Shown in pieces: positions 1 to 9,067 of a DNA stretch of 22,043 nucleotides; the first letter of the stretch is position 1, and each line of letters starts with the position of its first letter. The stretch spans positions 1 through 22,043 of the forward strand of contig JAUQVK010000032.1 in NCBI GenBank assembly GCA_039794845.1, in the 5' to 3' direction. Made by a program: the position numbers and the translations under genes. The notes under the pieces are model-generated. The model had not been told where the DNA came from. It saw only the letters and a list, made by a program, of their open reading frames with translations, and did no database searches. The DNA comes from Thermostichus sp. DRC_bins_24. Its GTDB lineage: Bacteria > Cyanobacteriota > Cyanobacteriia > Thermostichales > Thermostichaceae.

Positions 1-21
1 CAACGTCCGGCCCATCCGCTA

Positions 22-479
22 TCAAGCCTGTACCAGCGGTGATTCCCTGCCCTGATGAACCAGGGTTTCTAACTGTAACAGTCGGTCTTGGAAGGTGAGG
101 TGCCACGATTGCAGGTTGACGGGGCGACGCTGGGATCCAGCTCCGTAAATCCGCTCAATCTGCTCCAGTACCTCTTGGTAAATCAGGGTACTTTGCCGCT
201 CATCGGGGCTGGTGGCGCTGATCAAGAGGCTAAAGAGGCCCCATCCCCACCAAACACAAACGGGATCCCTACGGCTCCCGCCCCATTTAACACCGCCACA
301 ATCGAGGCAACCGCAGGCAGGTTGACCGCTTTGTACTGCCCCGCCGCAATCGCCTCCGTCGAACCGCGAATATCCGTGATCACCACCCACCAGTCTTCCG
401 GGATCCGCGCAAACTGCTCGAGGTTGGCAATCTCCCGCAGGCTCTCCATTACCGCCAACTGCTCGTAAAAGTTGCCCAT
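22..479 (-). pseudogene. DUF3095 family gene, disrupted (apparent internal deletion plus frameshift)
   Basis: From ATG 479 the frame reads MGNFYEQL...PEDWWVVITDIRGSTEAIAAGQYKAVN...IPFVFGGDGASLAS*, typical of the DUF3095 N-terminus, and stops at 222. Another frame carries SLLISATS...YQEVLEQIERIYG, resembling the central part of the family, and stops at 22. Confidence 0.7.
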
Positions 480-555
480 AGCTTTGCTGTGGATCCCTTC
501 CCTACTGTAGAAGAACCCTCGGGGATCCCGCCCCCAGCCTGTCCATCGCTCAGGC

Positions 556-1596
556 CTAGAGAGCCACCAGAGACGCGGACGCAGTCGCCCCCTGCTGCAA
601 CTCCGACAACAGCGATGCCGGACGATCCTTATAAGGCCAGGCAAAGGCGTGACGGAAGGCCGCCTCTTGACAGAGTTTCAACTGCTCAAAATTGATGATG
701 TCGTGGGTGAGCAAATTCTCGTACTCAAAGGGCAGCCGCACATTGTGCAACCCGGCGTTGTCAGTACAGATGGCGATATCCACCCCCGCCTCAAAGCAGC
801 GATCGAACACGATCTTGAGGGGTTCCAAATTGGGCAGAGTGCCCGTTTTTAGATAGGTAGTGGGGCAAACTTCCAGGCATTGTCCGCGCCGGGCCAGTTC
901 CGGCAGCAGCTCTGGGTGATGCAGAGGAATTTGGATGCCATGCCCAATCCGCGAGACATAGGGCAGCAACTCCGGGTGACAACCATCCAGGGTTTCGTAG
1001 AGGTGGGCGGTGGTTTTTAGGCCACGGGCCAACGCATACTTATACAGCTCGATCCACTCCTCCATACGCTCACGGTAGGGTTTGTCGCCCCCGGCTAGGT
1101 CGATGGCACACACGTAGTCCGACTCGGCAGCAGCCTCCAACATGGCCCGGTTGATGTGGCTGGGCAGGCGGGAGTGCAAACACAAAATCTGGCTGGTGAC
1201 AATCGGATATTCCTGCTGTTGGCTGGCTTGTCCCACCGTCTCGATCACCTGGCGCATTTGCTTGAGCCGATCCGCCTCATCTAGGCTGGGATCCGTGCGC
1301 AAATAGGGGGTATAACGAATTTCCAAATAGGCCAGATCTTCAAAGATGTAGGCCCCCCGCAGCAGGCGATAGATGAAATAGGGTAGAGTTTCTAGGGTTT
1401 GCACATGCTCAACCAGGGTGTGCAGCTCCAGGTAATCTTCTAGGGTGTTGCGGGGGCGGGTATAGAAGTCTTCAAATTCCGAATAGCTGGGGAAGCGCTC
1501 CGCCAAAGGGGATCCCTGGCGGTGAAAGTAGCGCCACAGAATTCTGGGTACAACAGAACCGCCCAGATGGCGGTGCAGCTCAGCATGAAGTGCCAT
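556..1596 (-). CDS. add: Adenosine deaminase-family (amidohydrolase) protein
   Basis: AELHRHLGGS (HxH metal ligands), YLEIRYTP, IDLAGGD, TAHLYE, RIGHG, LEVCPT and ICTDN motifs. Start placed at ATG 1596 (MALHAELH) rather than GTG 1626. Exact substrate cannot be determined from sequence. Confidence 0.85.
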   Translation of the reverse strand: MALHAELHRHLGGSVVPRILWRYFHRQGSPLAERFPSYSEFEDFYTRPRNTLEDYLELHTLVEHVQTLETLPYFIYRLLRGAYIFEDLAYLEIRYTPYLRTDPSLDEADRLKQMRQVIETVGQASQQQEYPIVTSQILCLHSRLPSHINRAMLEAAAESDYVCAIDLAGGDKPYRERMEEWIELYKYALARGLKTTAHLYETLDGCHPELLPYVSRIGHGIQIPLHHPELLPELARRGQCLEVCPTTYLKTGTLPNLEPLKIVFDRCFEAGVDIAICTDNAGLHNVRLPFEYENLLTHDIINFEQLKLCQEAAFRHAFAWPYKDRPASLLSELQQGATASASLVAL

Positions 1597-1734
1597 AGGT
1601 TGGGGTTTCCCATAGTCGCCCACCAAGGAGTGGGCTTGGTTTGTCTAAATACTATTTCTACTCTTATCTAACGGCAGCGACCTTGTCTAGGAGAAGTCCC
1701 GCAAGCTTGGGATGAGATTCCTTATCGCTATCGC

Positions 1735-2613
1735 TTAAATGGTCAGGCGGATCCCCTGCCCGTCGTGGTAAGCGGCCAAGAGCATATCGGTGGTGGTATC
1801 CCAGGCTATTTCCCCAGACCGGGACAGGGCTATGGCCCCAAAAGCCCGGCTGCGGAGACGGGCCTCTTGAAACGACTTGGCCACTGCGGCTTTTAAGCTC
1901 AGGCCATCCTCTACCCGAATCACGATCCGCGCCGCCAAATTCTCATCCAAAATGTCTTCCCCCACGCCAGTACAACTGACTCCCGCTGCTGCGCTGGCAT
2001 AGGTGCCTGCTGGAGTAGCAGAATCGCTCACCCGCCCCAACCGCTCGAAGCCACGCCCGCCAGTGGACGTGCCCACGGAAATTCGCCCCTGGTGATCCAG
2101 GGCTACCGCCCCAATCGTGCCCATGGCCAGGGAGGTGAGCACCCGTGCCGGGGGATGATCCTGCCGCAACTGCAACCATTCCTGAATCCGTTTTAAGGTG
2201 GCAGGGTCGTAGAGGGGCAGTTTCAGCTCCCTTGCCAGTTCAGCAGCGCCTTGTTCGGCCACCACACGGTCGGGGCTTGCCTGTAGAGCCTGCGCCATCA
2301 GGATCGGATGTTGAACGCGGCTGACGTTGATCACGCCGCTAAAGGACTGGCTGGCCCCGTTCATGAGGGCGGCGCTCATGCGAATTTGGCCATCCGACTG
2401 CAGCACCGACCCCGTACCGGCATTGTAAAGGGGATCATCCTCCAACAGCTGGCAGGCGTGTACCACCGCCGCCTCGGCACTGTGACCGGATTGCAAAAGG
2501 TCGTAGGTGCTCTCCACCACCCGCCGCAGGGATCCCCTCACTTTGTCCACACTGGTTTCGCCATCCAAGGCGCTCCCGGCTCCGCCGTGGATGATCAGTT
2601 TGGGCTGAGGCAT
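1735..2613 (-). CDS. iaaA: Isoaspartyl peptidase / plant-type L-asparaginase (Ntn-hydrolase)
   Basis: IIHGGAG, LEDDPLYNAGTGS, GTIGAVALD (catalytic Thr), TSTGG, GRVSDS and SCTGVGE motifs. Start placed at ATG 2613. Confidence 0.9.
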   Translation of the reverse strand: MPQPKLIIHGGAGSALDGETSVDKVRGSLRRVVESTYDLLQSGHSAEAAVVHACQLLEDDPLYNAGTGSVLQSDGQIRMSAALMNGASQSFSGVINVSRVQHPILMAQALQASPDRVVAEQGAAELARELKLPLYDPATLKRIQEWLQLRQDHPPARVLTSLAMGTIGAVALDHQGRISVGTSTGGRGFERLGRVSDSATPAGTYASAAAGVSCTGVGEDILDENLAARIVIRVEDGLSLKAAVAKSFQEARLRSRAFGAIALSRSGEIAWDTTTDMLLAAYHDGQGIRLTI

Positions 2614-2867
2614 GATGGTTCGGATCCCTTGCAAGGTTGTCTTTGGTATCTCTTCATTTTCGGGCACAACATTCGCAAATGCACCTGCTCTATCCCGGAC
2701 CCAGTCCTCCAGGGATCCCGCCAGAAAAGAAGGGGCCTTAAGATAATCCTGTAGATTTGCTAAGCATAGATACTCAAGGGTGATTCTGGTAGAGGGCTAT
2801 CGCGGTGTAGCCGGCAGGGATCCCCTAGGTGGTTTGGAGTGAACTTGGCGTGAACGAGGTTGCATTC

Positions 2868-4475
2868 ATGGCACTGCCCAGCGTGAACGAGTTTCCTTGG
2901 CTGACGACGGTGATTTTCTACCCGATTGTTGCCTCCCTATTCATTCCCCTGATCCCGGCTCCGGCTGGAGACCCGAATACCCGCGCCCACGCGCAAAAGC
3001 TGGCGGAACGGATTCGCTGGTTTGCCCTCTTCATTGGGGTGACGGATCTGCTGATTCTGTTGGCCGGCTTTTACTACGGCTACGATCCCGGCCAGACGGG
3101 GTTGCAGCTGTTTGAGCGCTATACCTGGGTGCCCCAGGTGGGTCTGAGCTGGTCGGTGGGGGCCGATGGCCTCTCCATGCCCCTGATTTTGTTGACGGCC
3201 TTCATCACCACCCTGGCAATCCTGGCGTCCTGGCCCGTTACCCTTAAGCCGCGCCTGTTTTACTTTCTGATGCTGGCCATGTACGGCGGGCAGATCGGGG
3301 TATTTGCGGTGCAGGATATGTTGCTCTTTTTCCTGATGTGGGAGCTGGAGCTGATCCCGGTATACCTGTTGCTCTCCATTTGGGGGGGGAAAAATCGCCT
3401 GTACGCGGCCACGAAGTTCATTCTCTACACCGCCCTGAGCTCTCTTTTTATTCTGGTGGCAGCGCTGGCCATGGCCTTTTACGGCAACACCATCAGCTTT
3501 GACATGACCGATCTGGCCCACAAAGCCTATCCCCTTACCTTCCAGTTGCTCATTTATGGGGCCTTTCTGATCGCCTATGGTGTTAAACTGCCCGTTTTCC
3601 CGTTGCATACCTGGCTGCCGGATGCCCACGGGGAAGCCACGGCCCCTGTTCACATGCTGCTGGCCGGGATCCTCCTGAAAATGGGGGGCTATGCCCTTAT
3701 GCGCATGAATGTGGGCATGCTGCCGGATGCCCATCTGTACTTTGCGCCGGTGTTGATCGTGTTGGGGGTGGTGAACATCATCTTTGCTGCCCTCACCTCC
3801 TTTGCCCAGCGCAACCTCAAGCGCAAAATTGCCTACTCCTCCATCAGTCACATGGGCTTTGTGTTGATCGGCATCGGCTGCCTGACGGAAATCGGCATGA
3901 GCGGGGCGATGTTGCAGATGATCTCCCACGGGTTGATCGGGGCCAGCCTATTCTTCCTGGTGGGGGCAACCTACGACCGCACCCATACCCTGGAACTGGA
4001 GGAAATGGGGGGCGTGGGCCTGAGAATGCCCAAGATCTTTTCTATGTTCACCGCTTGCTCGCTGGCCTCTTTGGCGCTGCCGGGGATGAGCGGCTTTGTG
4101 GCCGAGATCATGGTGTTTATCGGCATGGCCACCACCGATGCCTACTCTGGCCCCTTTAAGGTGGTGGTGGTGTTTCTGGCGGCAGTCGGGGTAATTTTGA
4201 CGCCCATTTACCTGCTTTCGATGTTGCGGCAGATCTTCTTTGGCCCGGAAAACAAAGAGCTTACCGAGCACGAGGAATTGGTGGATGCCGAACCTCGTGA
4301 GGTGTTTATCATCGCCTGCTTGCTCATCCCGATCATCGGCATTGGGCTGTATCCCAAGTTGGTCACCACCCTCTACGACCAATCCACCAACGCTCTGGTG
4401 GCCACCCTACGGCAAGAGCTCCCCCCTCCGGTGGAAACGGTGGCTTTGGCGCCTGCACTTCACCGTTTGGAGTAG
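2868..4475 (+). CDS. ndhD1: NAD(P)H-quinone oxidoreductase (NDH-1) subunit 4, NdhD1 type
   Basis: [58 protein letters not shown] and DAEPRE motifs. GAGGT RBS-like sequence at 2856-2860 precedes ATG 2868. D1 versus D2 was judged by recalled similarity. Confidence 0.92.
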   Translation: MALPSVNEFPWLTTVIFYPIVASLFIPLIPAPAGDPNTRAHAQKLAERIRWFALFIGVTDLLILLAGFYYGYDPGQTGLQLFERYTWVPQVGLSWSVGADGLSMPLILLTAFITTLAILASWPVTLKPRLFYFLMLAMYGGQIGVFAVQDMLLFFLMWELELIPVYLLLSIWGGKNRLYAATKFILYTALSSLFILVAALAMAFYGNTISFDMTDLAHKAYPLTFQLLIYGAFLIAYGVKLPVFPLHTWLPDAHGEATAPVHMLLAGILLKMGGYALMRMNVGMLPDAHLYFAPVLIVLGVVNIIFAALTSFAQRNLKRKIAYSSISHMGFVLIGIGCLTEIGMSGAMLQMISHGLIGASLFFLVGATYDRTHTLELEEMGGVGLRMPKIFSMFTACSLASLALPGMSGFVAEIMVFIGMATTDAYSGPFKVVVVFLAAVGVILTPIYLLSMLRQIFFGPENKELTEHEELVDAEPREVFIIACLLIPIIGIGLYPKLVTTLYDQSTNALVATLRQELPPPVETVALAPALHRLE

Positions 4476-4490
4476 GAATTGGAGTAGGAA
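4467..4490 (+). repeat. Perfect 12-bp tandem duplication TTGGAGTAGGAA x2 spanning the ndhD stop codon
   Basis: 4467-4478 is identical to 4479-4490. Confidence 0.9.
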
Positions 4491-4576
4491 CAAGCTTACA
4501 GCCCTTTCCGGCGTTGCCGGCCCGGCGGGATGGAGTCCTTTGTCTACCCCGGTGGATGCCGGCCCAGCCTTTGTTC

Positions 4577-4597
4577 GGCAAGGGTTTCTCCCTTGCC
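4577..4597. terminator. GC-rich hairpin downstream of ndhD1 (possible terminator or stability element)
   Basis: GGCAAGGG-tttct-CCCTTGCC forms an 8-bp perfect stem, but there is only a weak U tail. Confidence 0.35.
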
Positions 4598-4633
4598 TTA
4601 CACCCCATGTTAAGAACGATACACCTTTTTGAC

Positions 4634-4695
4634 GCCCCTCTCCCCCTCTGAGAGAGGGGCTACGGCCGGTGCCACGCTGCGCGAAGGGGTGAGGG
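4634..4695. repeat. REP-like palindromic repeat interrupted by a 25-nt SDR-like insert
   Basis: Hairpin GCCCCTCTC (4634-4642) / GAGAGGGGC (4652-4660) and tail GGGGTGAGGG (4686-4695). Insert 4661-4685 reads TTCGCGCAGCGTGGCACCGGCCGTA on the minus strand. Confidence 0.65.
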
Positions 4696-4903
4696 AGCTG
4701 GTTCAGCAATGGCATGGCAATGACCATAAGTTGGAAAAGGCTGAAAAACAGGTGGATCCCCAAGTTGGCTGAGCCCCCGAGGGATAATAGACGAGACACG
4801 CAAAAAATTAGATTTCGGCGTTCGGCTCCGGGTCTGCTGTAGATCCAATAGACCTGAAGATAGAGATCTGAACTGCTGATGGCTCATCTCCACAGGTCAT
4901 TGC

Positions 4904-6907
4904 ATGGGATCCGCAACTGTAGCTACTCCTCGCACTTTTCCCCTCACGGCGGTGGTCGGGCAACAACCGGCCAAACTGGCTCTGCTCTTGGCGGCCGTGG
5001 ATCCGGGGTTGGGGGGTGTGGTGATCGTGGGGCCAAGGGGTACGGCCAAGTCCGTCTTAGCCCGAGGGATCCATGCCCTGCTGCCCCCGATTGAAGTGAT
5101 CACCGGCTCCTATTGCAATGATGATCCGAGGCAACCGGACACTTGGTCGGATTGGGCCAAGACCCACTATTCACCCGCCTCATCTGCGCCCACGCGGGTG
5201 ATCCCGGCCCCCTTTGTGCAAATTCCCTTGGGGGTGACCGAAGATCGGCTGCTGGGATCCGTGGATGTGGGGGCTTCGGTGGAGCGCGGAGAAACCGTTT
5301 TTCAGCCGGGGTTGTTGGCGGCTGCCCACCGGGGGGTGCTGTATGTGGATGACATCAACCTGCTGGATGATCAGATAGCCAACCTGCTGCTGACGGTGGT
5401 GGGGGATGGGGTGAATCGCCTGGAACGGGAAGGGATGAGCCTGCAACACCCCTGTCGGCCTCTGCTGGTGGCCACCTACAACCCAGACGAGGGATCCCTG
5501 CGGCGGCACCTTTTGGATCGCATGGCGATGGTGATCCCCGTGGACCGAGATCTGACCCTGGAGGATCGGCGGGAGATCGCCCGACGGGCCAATCAATTTA
5601 GCGATGCCCCCGCCCCCTTTCTGGCAGCCCAGCAGGCGGAACTGGAGGAAGTGCGCACCCAGATCCTCCTGGCGCGGGAATGGCTGCCCCAGGTGAAACC
5701 CCAACGGGAGCAAATTGCCTACCTGGTGCAGGAAGCCATCCGGGGGAACATCCAGGGCCATCGCGGCGAACAATTTGCCCTAAAGGCAGCCTGTGCCCTG
5801 GCCGCCCTTGAAGGGCGGGATCGCCTAGTGGCCGAAGATCTGCAACAGGCGGTGCAATTGGTGCTGCTGCCCCGGGCCCACTACGACCCCGACCAGCCGC
5901 CCCCCCCCCCCCCCCCCCCCCCCGAACCGGAATCCCAGCCCAAGGATCCCGAACGCCCCGAAGAACCGGAGGATGCCGATCAAGAACCGCAACCGGAAAA
6001 CATCAGCCTGCCGGAAGCGTTTTTCTTCGACCCCGAAGGCGTCGCCCTCGATCCGCGCCTGCTGGCCTTTGCCCAATCCCTCAACCAACAGGGCAAAACG
6101 GGATCCCGCAGCCTGGTGTTCAGTGCCGATCGGGGCCGCTACATCAAGCCCATCCTGCCCCAAGGCTCCCACCCGCGCGTCGCTGTGGATGCCACCCTGC
6201 GGGCCGCCGCCCCCTACCAACAAAGCCGCCGCCAACGGCAACCCGGACGCACCGTCATCGTCGAACAAAGCGATATCCGCGCCAAAAAGCTGGCCCGCAA
6301 AGCCGGGGCACTGGTGATCTTTGTGGTGGATGCCTCTGGTTCCATGGCCCTCAATCGCATGCAATCCGCCAAAGGAGCCGCCCTACGCCTGCTCACGGAA
6401 GCCTACCAAAACCGCGATAAAGTTGCCCTAATTGCCTTTCGGGGCGAAACCGCCGAAGTGTTGCTGCCCCCCACCCGCTCGATTGAGCTGGCCCGCCGCC
6501 GCCTCGAATCTCTGCCCTGTGGCGGGGGATCCCCCTTAGCCCATGCCCTCACCCAAGCCGCCCGTATGGGAGTAAATGCCCGGGCTGCCGGAGATGTGGG
6601 GCAGGTGATGGTGGTGGCCCTCACGGATGGGCGGGGTAATGTCCCCCTCAGCCGTTCTTTGGGCCAGAGCCCCGGGGCCGAACCCCCCGACCTGAAGCAG
6701 GAACTGCGGGAAATCGCCCTGCGCATCCGGGCTTTGGGGTTGAAGTTGCTGTTAATCGACTCCCAAAGCCGCTTTGTCACCACCGGCTTTAGCGCCGAAC
6801 TGGCAGAACTGGCGGGTGGACGGTATTTCCACTTACCCCGGGCCACCGACCAAGGCATCGCAGCCGTGGCCCGCTCCGCCATCCAGGAAGGGCGGGGATC
6901 CCGCTGA
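4904..6907 (+). CDS. chlD: Magnesium chelatase subunit D
   Basis: AAA+ N-terminus ([39 protein letters not shown]), Pro/acidic linker, and a vWA domain with MIDAS ([21 protein letters not shown]). Confidence 0.97.
   Translation: MGSATVATPRTFPLTAVVGQQPAKLALLLAAVDPGLGGVVIVGPRGTAKSVLARGIHALLPPIEVITGSYCNDDPRQPDTWSDWAKTHYSPASSAPTRVIPAPFVQIPLGVTEDRLLGSVDVGASVERGETVFQPGLLAAAHRGVLYVDDINLLDDQIANLLLTVVGDGVNRLEREGMSLQHPCRPLLVATYNPDEGSLRRHLLDRMAMVIPVDRDLTLEDRREIARRANQFSDAPAPFLAAQQAELEEVRTQILLAREWLPQVKPQREQIAYLVQEAIRGNIQGHRGEQFALKAACALAALEGRDRLVAEDLQQAVQLVLLPRAHYDPDQPPPPPPPPPEPESQPKDPERPEEPEDADQEPQPENISLPEAFFFDPEGVALDPRLLAFAQSLNQQGKTGSRSLVFSADRGRYIKPILPQGSHPRVAVDATLRAAAPYQQSRRQRQPGRTVIVEQSDIRAKKLARKAGALVIFVVDASGSMALNRMQSAKGAALRLLTEAYQNRDKVALIAFRGETAEVLLPPTRSIELARRRLESLPCGGGSPLAHALTQAARMGVNARAAGDVGQVMVVALTDGRGNVPLSRSLGQSPGAEPPDLKQELREIALRIRALGLKLLLIDSQSRFVTTGFSAELAELAGGRYFHLPRATDQGIAAVARSAIQEGRGSR
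5900..5923 (+). repeat. C24 homopolymer encoding 8 of the 9 prolines of the ChlD linker
   Basis: CCG followed by 8 x CCC, in frame. Confidence 0.9.
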
Positions 6908-6933
6908 GGCTGACTGCAAATAGCTTGAGGAGG

Positions 6934-6964
6934 TTTGTAACCTTTCTTAATGGTTGGTTATGAT
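6934..6964 (+). promoter_or_regulatory. Possible HLR1 (RpaB)-like direct repeat next to a -10 element
   Basis: Minus strand of 6934-6951 reads ATTAAGAA-ag-GTTACAAA (one perfect and one degenerate (G/T)TTACA(T/A)(T/A) half-site, 2-nt spacer). TATGAT lies at 6959-6964. Confidence 0.35.
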
Positions 6965-6990
6965 TGCGGTAGACGAAACTCCTAACTTCT

Positions 6991-7758
6991 ATGACCACAG
7001 GACTGTTGCCGGAACTGCCCCTCCAGAATCAAACGGCTGTCGATTGGGTCAGCCGCGGAGTCGGTGCGGCCATTCGCGCCCTGTTCAAGCACTCGGAACG
7101 GTTGGAGGCGCGGGTGCGGGTGGAGCCCGTCGCCAAGCTTTTGCAGGGGTGCATCGACAGTTTTGAGCTGTTGGGCCAGAACCTGCAGATGTACAACGGC
7201 CTGAGGCTGTCGGTTTTGGAGCTGTTTTCCCAGTCGGTGGCCATCGACTTAAGTCAAATCTGGCAAGGACGCATCCGCTTGCAACAAGCCGTTCAGGCCA
7301 CCATGCGTGTGGTGCTCACGGAAACGGATCTGGCCCAATCCTTTAACACTCCCTTTGTGCTAAACAAGCTGGCTCAGGTTAAGCAAGGAGGCAAGCCACT
7401 GGCGTTTCGGCAGGTGCAGATCCACATCACGCCTGACCGCCGTTTTGAGCTACGGGCTGAAGTTCAGCAAGAATCCGGCTCTTGGCTGCCCATTGGGTTT
7501 TCCAGTCGCATTGAAGTGCTGGAGCGCCGTCGTATTCGGTTCGAGGATCCGGTTTTTGCCGGCGATGGTGAGGCTTTGAACCTCAGTCGCGCCTTGGTGG
7601 ACCACCTGAATGCCCTTCTGGATCTGGACCGCTTTGCCCTGCAGGGAACCGAATTGCGGGTGGATCGGGTGCGTCTCCAGCAGCATCAGATGATCTTTTA
7701 CGGCAGCGCCACCATTGCCCGTTTCCCTACTCGCCAACCGCAATGGGCCGGTGCTTGA
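6991..7758 (+). CDS. DUF2993 / LmeA-like putative phospholipid-binding protein
   Basis: PVAKLLQGCIDSFEL...G, MYNGLR, VVLTETDLAQSFNTP and LLDLDRFAL match the pattern of cyanobacterial DUF2993 proteins. Confidence 0.7.
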   Translation: MTTGLLPELPLQNQTAVDWVSRGVGAAIRALFKHSERLEARVRVEPVAKLLQGCIDSFELLGQNLQMYNGLRLSVLELFSQSVAIDLSQIWQGRIRLQQAVQATMRVVLTETDLAQSFNTPFVLNKLAQVKQGGKPLAFRQVQIHITPDRRFELRAEVQQESGSWLPIGFSSRIEVLERRRIRFEDPVFAGDGEALNLSRALVDHLNALLDLDRFALQGTELRVDRVRLQQHQMIFYGSATIARFPTRQPQWAGA

Positions 7759-7788
7759 CAGCCTCTCGAGGGGCAGGTATATTCAGTT

Positions 7789-8955
7789 GTGGTGAGGAGT
7801 GAAGAGAAGAAGCCTCTGGGGTCGAAACACGGACAGACTCCCAGAGGTTTTTTCATCATCAACCTAACCAATCCTTCCCCCTTCCTGACGAGTGCCCCAG
7901 GTTTGCGACAACGCCTGCGAGAGTTCTGGCATCGCCGATTTCCCCACAGCCTGCGCACCCAAGTTGCACTGGTGATTGCCAGCCTTTCTTTTGTTCCCAA
8001 TCTGGTGTTGATCCTGTCGGTGCAATGGGTCTTGCCCGGCACCCAGATCAGCAGGGAGGGGGTTGTCTTGTTGTTGTTGTGGATCCCGTTGTTGGCGGGG
8101 CTATCGGCGGTGGTGGGCTATGGCCTATCTTCTCTAATTCTGCGACCTCTCACACTACTTGCCCGCGAGTTGGTGCATCTAGAAACGCTGCTCAACCAGC
8201 CGGCGCGCTGGAACTTGCTGCTGCGTCCTGAGGATCCGCAAGAGTCCCTGATTTTGCGGGGGGCTTTCGCCCACTTGCTGCGGCAGATTGAAATCGATCA
8301 GATGCGTCGGGAAGCCTTCACCGCTACCCTGGTTCACGACCTCAAAACTCCCCTCATCGCCTTTGGGCATTTGCTCAACGCCCTCAAACAGGAGCAGCAG
8401 CTAGAACCGGAACAGCGCCGTGCCCTGCTGGATCGCATCTTGCAAGAGAACCAACACAACCTCTCGCTGGTGCAGAAAATGGTGGAGGCCCATCGCCTGG
8501 AGCGGGGAGAGATCGAGCTGCATCCCCAGCCTTGTGATTTGGGATCCCTGGCCAGACGGGTGGCAGACCGGATGGGATCCCTGGCCCAAGAGCGGGAGAT
8601 TGACTTGCGGGTGGAGGGGCAGGGATGGGGCAATGCAGATGAGGCGGAACTGGAGCGAGCTTTGGCGAACTTAATCGACAATGCCCTGCGCTATGCCCGC
8701 GATAGGGTGGTGCTGACGGTAAGCCCCCGCCAGATTCGGGTGTGGGACGATGGCCCTGGTCTGCCGGCCCCGCTAGAGGAGCTGGCCCAGCCCTACGTGA
8801 CGCAGCCAATCGATATCGCCGGGCATCATTACCCAACCGGCTCGGGTGGATTGGGGTTGTATATTGCCAAGCGCATCCTGCAGGCCCACCAAGGAGACTT
8901 GTGTTTGATCGAGACGGGATCCCAGGGAACTACCCTGGCCCTGGTGTTGCCGTAG
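7789..8955 (+). CDS. Membrane sensor histidine kinase (2 TM, HAMP-like linker, HisKA, HATPase); start uncertain
   Basis: H-box LVHDLKTPL, N-box ALANLIDNALRYA, G1 DDGPGL, G2 GGLGLYIAK, and two hydrophobic segments joined by a very short loop. Confidence 0.88.
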   Translation: MVRSEEKKPLGSKHGQTPRGFFIINLTNPSPFLTSAPGLRQRLREFWHRRFPHSLRTQVALVIASLSFVPNLVLILSVQWVLPGTQISREGVVLLLLWIPLLAGLSAVVGYGLSSLILRPLTLLARELVHLETLLNQPARWNLLLRPEDPQESLILRGAFAHLLRQIEIDQMRREAFTATLVHDLKTPLIAFGHLLNALKQEQQLEPEQRRALLDRILQENQHNLSLVQKMVEAHRLERGEIELHPQPCDLGSLARRVADRMGSLAQEREIDLRVEGQGWGNADEAELERALANLIDNALRYARDRVVLTVSPRQIRVWDDGPGLPAPLEELAQPYVTQPIDIAGHHYPTGSGGLGLYIAKRILQAHQGDLCLIETGSQGTTLALVLP

Positions 8956-8989
8956 GCTAGGGATCCTTTTGTCAACCGAGGCCGGTGGA

Positions 8990-9028
8990 GTTACTATCAG
9001 GTTATTATCAATTAACAAGCTTATTGAT
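8990..9028 (+). promoter_or_regulatory. AT-rich operator-like element upstream of fur
   Basis: Direct repeat GTTACTATCA-g-GTTATTATCA (8990-9010) containing the Fur half-site ATTATCA, overlapping an inverted repeat ATCAAT-N10-ATTGAT (9007-9028). Confidence 0.45.
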
Positions 9029-9067
9029 TGTCGCGGCGACCTTGCCCAACAGCGGAGGGGCAACACC

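Noticed and set aside
556..1596. Adenosine deaminase as an anti-phage effector (RADAR or CRISPR-associated)
   Set aside because: Standalone size, no CARF domain or partner ATPase, and a housekeeping context.
2937..3929. 330-aa minus-strand ORF
   Set aside because: Antisense shadow of ndhD1 with no recognisable motifs.
4491..4633. Possible structured RNA gene (SRP, 6S or riboswitch) after ndhD1
   Set aside because: GC-rich with small hairpins, but no diagnostic motif was recognised. An Rfam/Infernal scan would be needed.
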